Shown in pieces: positions 38,468 through 47,105 of a DNA stretch of 53,352 nt. Each line of letters opens with the position of its first letter. Position 1 is the stretch's first letter. The DNA comes from a virus. Lineage: Duplodnaviria; Caudoviricetes. The stretch is from IMG/VR virus record IMGVR_UViG_3300009548_000008, positions 1-53,352 of that record; one strand, written 5' to 3'. The position numbers and the translations under genes are program-made. The notes below the pieces were generated by a model. The model was not told where the DNA came from and ran no database searches. It was given only the letters and a program-made list of their open reading frames with translations.

Positions 38468-39460
38468 ATGATAGACCCACAGACTGCGCAGTACCTTCTT
38501 ACGGGGGCTGTGATGGCGGCTGGTATCATCTATGTTACCGCGTTCGCCGGGTACCGTCTCTATGGCGGCGAGAAGTTTGATCCTAAAAAATACGCCGAAA
38601 CGTTCGGGTATGTCTCCCTCTTTGCGGTGGCGGCATACCTCTCGACGGGCGCGATGCCGGACTTTAATGCCCTACTGACCCAGTTCCTCAACGGGATCCC
38701 CGCGCAGGGTGCGACCCTCACGGCCATCATGACGATCGTAACGGCGTTCCTGCATCAGAACCTTAAATCAAGTGCACCGTCTCCAACACCTGTCAATGGC
38801 CCACAGGCACAGGCTGCACATATTCAGCAGCCAAAGGCTACACTGTCCCAAGCCTCCACAGCACCCAGTTCTCCCACAGTTGCGCCGGCTGTAACCCCGG
38901 CAAACCCCAACGTCAAGGCCGCGCCCGCAGGATTCAAGCTTGATATCCCGGCGGTCTGGGTAGACGACCCGATTGATCCAAGCGCAATAAATTCGCTTAC
39001 GGATCCCCATAACGATCAGAATGTCGTGACGGTCCCCCACGACCAAATTAACACGCTTTCCGGTCTCATCGGGATTGACAAGATCAACGTGTTCCTCTCG
39101 GCAATGGGGCTGGAACAGATTGGAGCCCCCCGGCTGAATGTCGCGTTTGCTTTTGCATGGGATCCCCATGTACATCCCGAGGCGCCCCTTCTCCACACAG
39201 ACAACGTTGTATTCACCGGCCAGACCAATCTCCCCGGGATTACGGTGGAGAAAGGTGCTGTCGGTGAGGTAATCCGCGAGCGTTACATCCCGCAATACGA
39301 GTACCAGCGGGCAAAAGGTCCGCACACGCTCCGAATCGCTGCGGTCGCCCGCGAGGTCTCGAACGTCTGGCATTACGCCAATGGCTCATATACGGACTTC
39401 TCGAACTTCCCCCGTGTCGGGGATATCGTCGTTCGTGATATCCAGATCGTTATCGTTTGA
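38468..39460 (+). CDS. Holin-like 3-TM protein fused to a soluble C-terminal domain
   Basis: Three hydrophobic segments with GEKFDPKK between TM1 and TM2; Pro/Ala linker; upstream of the peptidase. Confidence 0.55.
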   Translation: MIDPQTAQYLLTGAVMAAGIIYVTAFAGYRLYGGEKFDPKKYAETFGYVSLFAVAAYLSTGAMPDFNALLTQFLNGIPAQGATLTAIMTIVTAFLHQNLKSSAPSPTPVNGPQAQAAHIQQPKATLSQASTAPSSPTVAPAVTPANPNVKAAPAGFKLDIPAVWVDDPIDPSAINSLTDPHNDQNVVTVPHDQINTLSGLIGIDKINVFLSAMGLEQIGAPRLNVAFAFAWDPHVHPEAPLLHTDNVVFTGQTNLPGITVEKGAVGEVIRERYIPQYEYQRAKGPHTLRIAAVAREVSNVWHYANGSYTDFSNFPRVGDIVVRDIQIVIV

Positions 39461-39469
39461 GGGAGCCAC

Positions 39470-40198
39470 ATGGACCGGCCCTTCAAGCTCGGTAAGAAAG
39501 CCGCCCGGCACGACCGGCGGAACATTCTTTTTCGGGACATCCTGACACAGCAGGCCGTACCTGATACCTACAGCGTAGATCCGACTGTGCCGCCCGTCAT
39601 GGGAGGGAACGACCGGGTCGGGGACTGTGTGATGGTCTGCCTCTATAACATCCTCCGTCAAATCACATGGAAGAACCAAGCCAAACTCCTCCAGCTGACA
39701 GACGATCAGATCGTGCAGGAATATCTCGACCGCACCAACGGCCACGATGTCGGCATGAACATCAACGATGCCCTGAACTGGCTGACAAACGTGGGCTGGA
39801 TCTTCCCGGACGGCACTACGTATACAATCGCCGGGTATGCGCAGGTGGATTTCACCAACCCCGACGAGCTCAAACTCGCAGCATCCGGCCATCTCGGTCT
39901 TGTTACAGGGGTGGAACTGCCGGACAACTGGTCTGCCGCGTTTGCCAACAACACCCGCGTACCGTGGACGGATACCAGTCAGCCCCCGGACAACCACGAG
40001 GGGCACTGCATGTACCTCGAAGGATACGATCCGACCTATATCACGTTCGATACATGGGGTGGCTACGAACCCGCAACGTGGGCATGGGGGAAGCTCTACA
40101 TGGACGAATGCTTCTACGTGCTCCCCCCGGTTGGCAGCTACCAAGACCCGTTCGTATCCCTTGACGCCCTCCATGCGGCGCAGGAGGCAATCCCATAA
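39470..40198 (+). CDS. Papain-like (C1-fold) cysteine peptidase, candidate lysin
   Basis: MGGNDRVGDCV (catalytic Cys), EGHCMYLEGYD (His), FDTWG. Confidence 0.75.
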   Translation: MDRPFKLGKKAARHDRRNILFRDILTQQAVPDTYSVDPTVPPVMGGNDRVGDCVMVCLYNILRQITWKNQAKLLQLTDDQIVQEYLDRTNGHDVGMNINDALNWLTNVGWIFPDGTTYTIAGYAQVDFTNPDELKLAASGHLGLVTGVELPDNWSAAFANNTRVPWTDTSQPPDNHEGHCMYLEGYDPTYITFDTWGGYEPATWAWGKLYMDECFYVLPPVGSYQDPFVSLDALHAAQEAIP

Positions 40199-40584
40199 AG
40201 AACCCTGCAGGCGAGCGCTCGCTGATCATCCCCGCAAGGTAAGCACGATTGTCCCTCCTCTTTCGGTCGCCATGACCCGGGACCGCGGGAGTCCATCACC
40301 ATGTCCCGGGGAACCAAAAGGCACGGGTTCTCAATGAGCGCCTAAGAGGACCATTTAGTTTCCTTCGTGAACAAGATACCAGTCCCATGGTACAAATCGG
40401 GAGGGCCTTGCACCCCCTCCATTTTCCATTCTCATGATTCTTCAGGAATGCCCGATATCTTTGATTTTTGGCACCATTTACCCATGTTACATATCCATGT
40501 ATAGAGAACTACTATAGGACCTGGAAAAAGGCCGTTTTTGAGCGAATCTTTATTATCCTATCATTTAAAATATATACTAATAAT

Positions 40585-40734
40585 ATGCGAACCGTAATAG
40601 CCAAAATGAACTTATCTGGTGTCCGAAAGAGCCAAGCCGCTGCCGTGGAGGTACTAAAAACCATGCTCAAGGACCACAAGGGCCGGCGCGATACCAAGAT
40701 CATCCGCGAGAAGATCCGGCAACTTGCGGTATAA
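40585..40734 (+). CDS. Small basic protein (49 aa)
   Basis: Preceded by TTTAAAATATATA, followed by a T11 tract. Confidence 0.5.
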   Translation: MRTVIAKMNLSGVRKSQAAAVEVLKTMLKDHKGRRDTKIIREKIRQLAV

Positions 40735-40737
40735 CTC

Positions 40738-40748
40738 TTTTTTTTTTC
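40738..40748 (+). terminator. Oligo-T archaeal terminator
   Basis: T-run directly after the stop codon. Confidence 0.55.
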
Positions 40749-40783
40749 AAATTTTCCAAAAAGGGAACCCTTATACTAAGAAC

Positions 40784-40833
40784 GAATTTCGTATTTAAAT
40801 TATATATAAATATATAAGATATTCACGAAATTC
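40784..40833. promoter_or_regulatory. 9-bp inverted repeat (GAATTTCGT/ACGAAATTC) enclosing a TATA-rich core
   Basis: GAATTTCGT-ATTTAAATTATATATAAATATATAAGATATTC-ACGAAATTC. Confidence 0.6.
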
Positions 40834-40999
40834 ACAGATCCTGACCTTGATCAGATCCGGCTCGCAACAAAACCAGGTTCTGTTAACTTGACGGGTCTTA
40901 AAACCCGCTGTTAACTGTCGGGACTTCCTGACTTGCATTTTGGATCAGCGTCAGCCACTTGTTATCTCCTATGACTTCAATGCCGCACGCCTCAGCGGG

Positions 41000-41036
41000 C
41001 TTCGAGCGAATCATCCAAGAGAACAAGGATTGAAAC
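41000..41036 (+). CRISPR. Solitary 37-nt CRISPR repeat unit (methanogen I-B/III-type), no array
   Basis: CTTCGAGCGAATCATCCAAGAGAACAAGGATTGAAAC: 37 nt, ATCC/GGAT stem, terminal ATTGAAAC handle, intergenic. Confidence 0.75.
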
Positions 41037-41055
41037 TATACCTATCCGATATGGG

Positions 41056-41078
41056 GTTATGTGCATAACTATAAATAC
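41056..41078 (+). promoter_or_regulatory. Palindromic operator GTTATGTGCATAAC abutting TATA box TATAAATA
   Basis: TATA lies 22-29 nt before leaderless ATG 41100. Confidence 0.55.
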
Positions 41079-41099
41079 TGATACGACCTATGACTAACT

Positions 41100-41237
41100 A
41101 TGACAAAACAATGGAAAGTGAGTTTTGCCGTTTCGGAGGAAGATTTTAACCGGGGTAAGAAACTTCCCCGCGAGATCAACATCTCCGAAGAACTGAGAAA
41201 AGCATACGGAAAAATCCTCGACAAAGCAGGTGTTTGA
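41100..41237 (+). CDS. Small ribbon-helix-helix (CopG/CcdA-like) regulator, 45 aa
   Basis: MTKQWKVSFAVSEEDFNRGKKLPREINISEELRKAYGKILDKAGV. Confidence 0.6.
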   Translation: MTKQWKVSFAVSEEDFNRGKKLPREINISEELRKAYGKILDKAGV

Positions 41238-41270
41238 AATGGTAACCGTATCAGGAAAATTAGCAAGATC

Positions 41271-41870
41271 ATGGATCGAGGAATACAAAAAACAACCGGG
41301 ATCACATTGCGATTTCCTCCCAGTATCCCGGAGAAACCATACAATCATCTCTATGATCGAATGCATCAGGCCGGCCTCACGCTCCATCAGATGAGGATTT
41401 GCCAGCCCTATGGTGACGATCAGAGAAAAGGGCTCTGGTTGTTCCATATCATTGAACCGGAAACATGGTCAAAAGTTGTTGCCCGCGTCAATGGTGCGAA
41501 CCAGGGAGCGCTCTATGCGCAGGATTCCGGTGATATTCTCGGTGTTGGGAAAATTACCCGACCGCCGGGTCACACATGGGAAAGCTTCGCGCACCTCCTT
41601 TTAGAGTCGATGCCGGAAAAAACACGGGAACATTACGAGAACAAGATCGCCGTCTTCCTGCACTGGTATTCAGATCGGGGATATGGCAGGACAATTCCCG
41701 ATGAAGGCGAGATGACCAAAGACAAACCCAGCTGGAAACGAATATGCAAGGCACTCCTGAGAAACGATTATTGGTGCAAGGGACTTTCTTTCAGCCAAAA
41801 CAAACCGGTGGCGTATGCGAATTATGTTAAAGTGATGAAGAAACGGAGGGAAAAATGGGGGATATTTTAG
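41271..41870 (+). pseudogene. ibrA: 5'-truncated IbrA-like (PAPS reductase/DUF3440) gene; C-terminal part only
   Basis: YNHLYDRMHQAG...MRICQPYGDDQRKGL...PSWKRICKALLRNDYWCKGLSF; the N-terminal SGGKDS domain is absent. Confidence 0.7.
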
Positions 41871-42373
41871 AGTGGACAAAGGAGCACCCGGTATCTCATG
41901 TGCAGTGGGTACCGACTGAAAAGGTATTTGCAAACGATTACAATCCAAACACGGTTGCACCGCCTGAAATGAAACTCCTGAAAATCAGCATAGAATCTGA
42001 TGGTTTCACTCAGCCGATTGTTGTATGGGAACACGATGAAGGATATGAAGTCGTGGATGGGTTTCACCGGCATCTCGTGGGAAAACAATTGGGACTCACA
42101 CATCTTCCTGTGGTTGTAATCAATGGAAATCGCACCGAGAAAACAGATCGGATTGCCTCGACTATCCGGCATAACCGGGCGCGGGGAAAACATCAGGTTG
42201 CAGGTATGAGTGAGATCGTTCAGGAGTTGTCACGGCGTAATTGGTCAGAAGCAAAAATTGGGCGTGAACTTGGAATGGAACCAGACGAGGTATTGAGACT
42301 TAAACAAATCGGTGGTCTTGCTGAAATGTTTGCGGATAAAGAATTTTCAGAAGCTTGGGACGCTGAATTGTAA
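41855..42373 (+). CDS. ibrB: IbrB-like ParB-N domain protein
   Basis: ANDYNPNTVAPPEMKLL, GFTQPIV, VVDGFHR, STIRHNRARGKH, LGMEPDEVLRLKQ. Confidence 0.85.
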   Translation: MGDILEWTKEHPVSHVQWVPTEKVFANDYNPNTVAPPEMKLLKISIESDGFTQPIVVWEHDEGYEVVDGFHRHLVGKQLGLTHLPVVVINGNRTEKTDRIASTIRHNRARGKHQVAGMSEIVQELSRRNWSEAKIGRELGMEPDEVLRLKQIGGLAEMFADKEFSEAWDAEL

Positions 42374-42489
42374 AACAAAAGTCCCGAAGGTTAACGCATG
42401 AAATCATGTCCCGTCAAGTTAACAGAACCCAAAACCACAACCCTTTTAAATATAAAAAATATAATTGAATTTCCCCAAGGAGATCCAAT

Positions 42490-42648
42490 ATGGGTAGACC
42501 AAAAAACACAGAACAGACCGAACAGGTAAACGTGACTTTCCCTAAAGATCACGTCAGACATTTCTCGGAGAACGGATTGAGCATACAGGATTTTTGCCGG
42601 CTTAAAGTGAAGGAAGCCGTCGATAGGGGCATCACTTTGGCCGGGTGA
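42490..42648 (+). CDS. Ribbon-helix-helix regulator (52 aa)
   Basis: MGRPKNTEQTEQVNVTFPKD...SIQDFCRLKVKEAV; AAGGAG RBS; TATA-rich upstream. Confidence 0.6.
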   Translation: MGRPKNTEQTEQVNVTFPKDHVRHFSENGLSIQDFCRLKVKEAVDRGITLAG

Positions 42649-42653
42649 GTTGA

Positions 42654-43127
42654 TTGCCGCGCGGAAGACCAAAAAACACAATCCCCTCGGCGCACATCAT
42701 CGTCACAATTCCCGAGCCATATATCGAGAAGTGCGGCGAATTCGGGTACAGTCCGCAGGATCTTATCCGTCATCTCCTCAAGACGATGTTTGAAAACTCC
42801 CCTGACAATCCAGTCCTTAACGCATTTCAGCGCCAGATTGAGATCGACAAGGAAAAGCGCAATCGGGATTCACAGCAAAAGACCGCCGAACAACAGACGC
42901 ATAAACAGTATCTCTCCGTTATACAGGATTATTGCAATCAGCACAACCTGACACATGAGAAGATGCTCGATAGCGTGAATGGCGATTGGGGCACGTTGCA
43001 CCCGCTCACGATCGAGGCCGAGATTATCCAGCTCCTTAGGGACCGGGGGATGTCGCCCGAGCCGAACCACGTGTACGAACAGCTGAACAAATTAGTGCGC
43101 CAGAAAGCCGCACCTATTATCAGGTGA
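42654..43127 (+). CDS. RHH-like N-terminal domain protein, paralogous to the upstream gene
   Basis: GRPKNT..HIIVTIP.....GYSPQDLIR. Confidence 0.6.
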   Translation: MPRGRPKNTIPSAHIIVTIPEPYIEKCGEFGYSPQDLIRHLLKTMFENSPDNPVLNAFQRQIEIDKEKRNRDSQQKTAEQQTHKQYLSVIQDYCNQHNLTHEKMLDSVNGDWGTLHPLTIEAEIIQLLRDRGMSPEPNHVYEQLNKLVRQKAAPIIR

Positions 43128-43132
43128 TAATT

Positions 43133-43375
43133 ATGAGCAAACGAAGCCAGATCCGATCCCGGTGCCAGTGCGGGCACCAGATTATTAAAATTGATGGCGA
43201 ATGGCTGCACGTCCAGCCTCACCCCGAACATGCCTGCGCGTGCAAGAACCCGGCACCGGGCCTTATCGATCACCGGCTCGGCGCAAAACCCCCCAAGACA
43301 ACTGCAGCCGGGATATGCTGCAACAGCGACTCGATGTTACGCAAAGGAGATACCGGATATGGTGGCACCTGCTGA
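43133..43375 (+). CDS. Small zinc-binding protein
   Basis: CQCG..I...WLH...CAC..PAP; AGGTGA RBS. Confidence 0.55.
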   Translation: MSKRSQIRSRCQCGHQIIKIDGEWLHVQPHPEHACACKNPAPGLIDHRLGAKPPKTTAAGICCNSDSMLRKGDTGYGGTC

Positions 43376-45470
43376 GAACTCCCTTGACCCCCGCGCCGAT
43401 ACATGGGCGAAATTCTTCCGGCAGCAGCCGGCCTATATGGGGCAATTCGCCGAGATCAGCCGGCAGTACCCGTTCCTCCGGTGCCTCGTTGTGGATATTC
43501 GGGACGTGCAGAAATGGGGAAAGGCCGGGCTTGATTTCGCGGACGACATTATTACCAATCCCGAAGGCGTTATCGCCGATATCCGTTCAGCAATCCGAAA
43601 TCACAACTTAGTCTCAAGCGCAGGCCGGAAAAGCCCAGTAAATATCGAGACCCTAAATATCTACTTCCAGGGGCATGTCAAAACAACGCCCATGCGGGAA
43701 CTCCGGTACGAGAATGTCCTGACCTATGTGGCGCTGAAAGGAGTTGTCACCCGCGTTACAGAGGTACGGCCAAAACTTGAGGAAGCGGTGTTCCGGTGCC
43801 CACGCGGTCATTTCACGAAGAGAAAACAGACCGGGGGTGTTATGGCAGTCCCGGTAGAATGCGGAACCGATGGGTGCGGGAAACGCATTCTTGATCTTGT
43901 CCCCCAGCGATCGACATTCGTAAACCAGCAGATGATTCGGATCCGGGAGAACGTTGAAACGCTGAAGCCCGGCCAGCAACCCCAGACGCTTGATGTTGTG
44001 GTCCGGGACGACCTCTGCGACCGTCTCATGGTGAACGATCACGCCACTCTCTACGGGATCCTCCAATCGAGCCAGCGTGTCGCAAAGGGTACGAAGACCA
44101 ACGTGTTTGATTTCCACCTCGATCTGATGAGCGCCGTTACAGACGTGCGGGGATTTGAGGAAGTCTCTATCTCGGACGAGGAAGTCAAACAGATTGAATC
44201 TCTTGCCTGCACGAACGCCCTTGAGAAGATCGTGCGGTCAATTGCCCCGTCGGTGTTCGGGAACGCCGAGATCAAGGAAGCGATCGCGCTCCAGCTGTTC
44301 GGCGGGATAACCAAGGAGAATAGCGACAGCACCCAGACCCGGGGATGGATCAATATTCTCCTTGTCGGGGATCCCGGGACTGGCAAAACGGGACTCATCC
44401 GGGCCGCCGTCGCGCTCGCGCCCCGGGGCCGGTTCGCAACCCTCGCGGGATCCAGCTCGTCCGCAGCCGGGCTTATCGGCACGGTCCGGCAGGATGATTT
44501 CACAGACGCATGGGTACTCGAGCCGGGCAGCCTCGTGTTTGCCGATGAAAGTATTCACGGGGTTGATGAAATTAACAAGGCTGAAGGGGAGATCCGGAGC
44601 GCCTTCTATGAGCAGATGGAAGATGGCAAGATCACCATCACGAAGGCAGCCGCCCGGGCTATGCGGGCCCGCACGGCAATCCTGGGGGGCGCCAACCCCA
44701 AACACGAGCGGTTTGATTATTATGCCGGGGATCTCGAAGACCAGATCGGGATGGCGCCGGCGTTCCTCTCGCGGTTCGATCTCATCTTTATGGTGGAGGA
44801 CCGGCCCGAGCAGAGCCGCGATCAGGCCATCGCGCAGCACATCGCCAACAAACACCGGCTCGGGGAACTCCGCATGGCCGGCAAGATCGGCGACGCTCTT
44901 GAAAGCGATCTCAAACAGGTCGAGCCGGAAGTACCCGCGGACCTCCTCAAGAAATGGATCGCCCATGCGAAACGCACCATTACGCCCGTGCTCACCCATG
45001 ACGCCATGGACGTGATCACCAGCTACTACGTGCAGACCCGCGGGATGGCCGGCCCCAACAAACCAGTTCCGGTAACTGCCCGGGCGGACGAAGCCGTGAT
45101 CCGGATCGCGGAAGCGCTGGCGCGGTTGCGTCTCTCCGAGAGTATCACGAAAGGCGATGCCGAGAAGGCAGTGCGGATCTTCCACGAATGTTTTAAGCGC
45201 GTTGCCACAGACCCCAAGACGGGCAACCTCGACGCCGGGATGGTCGGGGACGGGCAACCCAAGACCAAGACAGATATTATGGGCGCGGTCAAGCATATTA
45301 TCAGTAAAGACAAGGACGATCACCCGCGGGGCACGCCGCGGCAGTACCTGATGGATCGGCTCAGCGAAGAAGGGTTCAAAGACGCCGACCGGGCCGTGCT
45401 GGTAATCGAGAAGATGCTCCGCAGCGGGGAACTTATGGAGCCCCGGGACGGGTACTTACGCTTAACTTAG
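43359..45470 (+). CDS. mcm: MCM replicative helicase
   Basis: Zn motif CPRGH..CGTDGC, IAPSVFG, Walker A GDPGTGKT, Walker B GVDE, ANPK, arginine finger SRFD, sensor-2 TAR, C-terminal wHTH. Confidence 0.95.
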   Translation: MVAPAENSLDPRADTWAKFFRQQPAYMGQFAEISRQYPFLRCLVVDIRDVQKWGKAGLDFADDIITNPEGVIADIRSAIRNHNLVSSAGRKSPVNIETLNIYFQGHVKTTPMRELRYENVLTYVALKGVVTRVTEVRPKLEEAVFRCPRGHFTKRKQTGGVMAVPVECGTDGCGKRILDLVPQRSTFVNQQMIRIRENVETLKPGQQPQTLDVVVRDDLCDRLMVNDHATLYGILQSSQRVAKGTKTNVFDFHLDLMSAVTDVRGFEEVSISDEEVKQIESLACTNALEKIVRSIAPSVFGNAEIKEAIALQLFGGITKENSDSTQTRGWINILLVGDPGTGKTGLIRAAVALAPRGRFATLAGSSSSAAGLIGTVRQDDFTDAWVLEPGSLVFADESIHGVDEINKAEGEIRSAFYEQMEDGKITITKAAARAMRARTAILGGANPKHERFDYYAGDLEDQIGMAPAFLSRFDLIFMVEDRPEQSRDQAIAQHIANKHRLGELRMAGKIGDALESDLKQVEPEVPADLLKKWIAHAKRTITPVLTHDAMDVITSYYVQTRGMAGPNKPVPVTARADEAVIRIAEALARLRLSESITKGDAEKAVRIFHECFKRVATDPKTGNLDAGMVGDGQPKTKTDIMGAVKHIISKDKDDHPRGTPRQYLMDRLSEEGFKDADRAVLVIEKMLRSGELMEPRDGYLRLT

Positions 45471-45480
45471 AGGTGTACCG

Positions 45481-46014
45481 GTGACAGAACGTGAAGTCCG
45501 GTGTAGCGATATCCCTTCAGAATGGAAGGAACGACTTGCCCGGAAGGCGTGCCCCGTTTGCGGGAAAGAACGCATAGATTTTGATGGCCGACATCGCGGC
45601 TATGAACCCCATCGGGAACCCGGTACCTTCCTTGGTGGAACACCCTGTTGCTCGCCAGCCTGCACGGATCTCTATTGGAAAACCCATAAAACATGGCAGC
45701 AACACCGCGAGCAGATCTTCAAGGAACGAAAGGGAATTTGTGCGAAGTGCGGGTATGACCTTACAAAATATCCCGCGTGGGACGGGGATCCGCGGCTTCC
45801 CACATCAAGGTTTATCCAAGGGCGATCATGGGTCCTGGATCATATCGTGCCGATCGCCATGGGCGGTGCGATGTGGGATCCTCAGAATCACCAAATCCTT
45901 TGTGAAATCTGCAATAAGGAGAAAACCGCCAAGGATCTTGGTAAAATTGCACAATGGAAAAAACTTAACCTGCCCGATGCTAGTGGCACCAAGCAGGGAA
46001 CCTTAGAGGTGTAA
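45481..46014 (+). CDS. HNH endonuclease
   Basis: CAKCG...LDHIVPIAMGG...NHQILCEICNKEKT. Confidence 0.85.
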   Translation: MTEREVRCSDIPSEWKERLARKACPVCGKERIDFDGRHRGYEPHREPGTFLGGTPCCSPACTDLYWKTHKTWQQHREQIFKERKGICAKCGYDLTKYPAWDGDPRLPTSRFIQGRSWVLDHIVPIAMGGAMWDPQNHQILCEICNKEKTAKDLGKIAQWKKLNLPDASGTKQGTLEV

Positions 46015-46019
46015 CAGCA

Positions 46020-46502
46020 ATGAAAGCAATGAGTTTTAACGAAACGCAGCCCCAATATCGGGCGCGAAGGAAGATCGATACCCGGCGGGTATCCTGCCGG
46101 ATCCGGCCGGGCGAAGAGTTCATGGCAGTAGAGAAGATGCAGGGGATCAAGAAGGGCGCGCATCGGGTCTCGATGGGAACGGCCGTGTGCTATTCCGTAA
46201 CCGGCGAGCGCGTGGACGAGATTATCCGGCGGCCCGTGCGGAAAGTTCCGGACGAGATCTTCCCCTATGCCCGGACGTGCTGCCGGTGGTATCAATCCGG
46301 GCTTTGCACCCCTGCAGGTATGAATACCCAACGATGCTGTATTACAAACTGTCCCGGCATCCGGTGCGTGGATCTTGAAGGGTTCCCCCGAATAACCGAG
46401 GAGCAGTTCGTTGATCTCCTCCTCCGGATCAACCGGCACCGTTTCCTCAAGCGAGATTCGGTTATTCAGCTGGTCCGGTTCATTCCCCGGGAGAGACCAT
46501 GA
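46020..46502 (+). CDS. ASCH/PUA-like domain protein
   Basis: MSF.ET......RKIDTRR...PGE...EK..G.KKG...EGFP. Confidence 0.65.
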   Translation: MKAMSFNETQPQYRARRKIDTRRVSCRIRPGEEFMAVEKMQGIKKGAHRVSMGTAVCYSVTGERVDEIIRRPVRKVPDEIFPYARTCCRWYQSGLCTPAGMNTQRCCITNCPGIRCVDLEGFPRITEEQFVDLLLRINRHRFLKRDSVIQLVRFIPRERP

Positions 46503-46635
46503 GCCGATTGCACGAAATGAAGGTCCGCCGCGCCATGGATTCAAAAATGGTAAAACTTGCGGACAAAACAGAAGAAACGATGAAAGAGTGGGCGGAAAAA
46601 TCGGAGAATCCTGGCATCCGCATTCAGACGATGGT

Positions 46636-46923
46636 ATGACCGGCCAAGTGGGGTTCAAAGACGACGGTTCGTATAAGCGCGAGTTTAAAGGCTGGAAACC
46701 GGGATGCTCTTGTGATGTGCCGGTTCCTCCTGTTCCGTGTGTAGTACTCGATCCCTTTATGGGATCCGGAACCGTGGCCGTGGTTGCCCGGGAGCTGAAC
46801 CGGTCAAGCATCGGGATCGAGCTGAACCCGGAGTATGTGAAGATCATCAAGAAGCGGCTGCAGGCCGGATCGTGTCTGGATACCGGCGTCGTGAACTATC
46901 ACTTTGAGAAGGCGTCTCCATGA
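46636..46923 (+). pseudogene. C-terminal fragment of a beta-class N4/N6 DNA methyltransferase
   Basis: GWKPGCSC...VVLDPFMGSGTVAVVA...IGIELNPEY; no catalytic (D/S)PPY motif upstream. Confidence 0.7.
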
Positions 46924-47105
46924 TAACACCCTGCATAATCCTCACGGAAGAACGGGCTGCCGATCTTGATTTCATTTTTTCCGATGAGATCCTGCCCGGT
47001 ATCCGTATCGCGCCGTACCTTACGGAAAGAAAAGCAAAACGGGATGCAAAAAGATTAGGGGGCACATTTGCCAGAATTGATTACGAGAAGGTGTTTTTCA
47101 CATGA
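46920..47105 (+). CDS. Small hypothetical protein
   Basis: ATGA overlaps at both ends. Confidence 0.5.
   Translation: MITPCIILTEERAADLDFIFSDEILPGIRIAPYLTERKAKRDAKRLGGTFARIDYEKVFFT

Noticed and set aside
40920-41110. Full or mini CRISPR array
   Set aside because: No recognisable second repeat about 36 nt upstream or downstream, so it is reported as a solitary unit.
44238-45323. Long minus-strand ORFs (also 12193-13197, 26311-27231, 45888-46850 and others)
   Set aside because: Antisense shadows of well-supported GC3-rich + strand genes, with no recognisable motifs.
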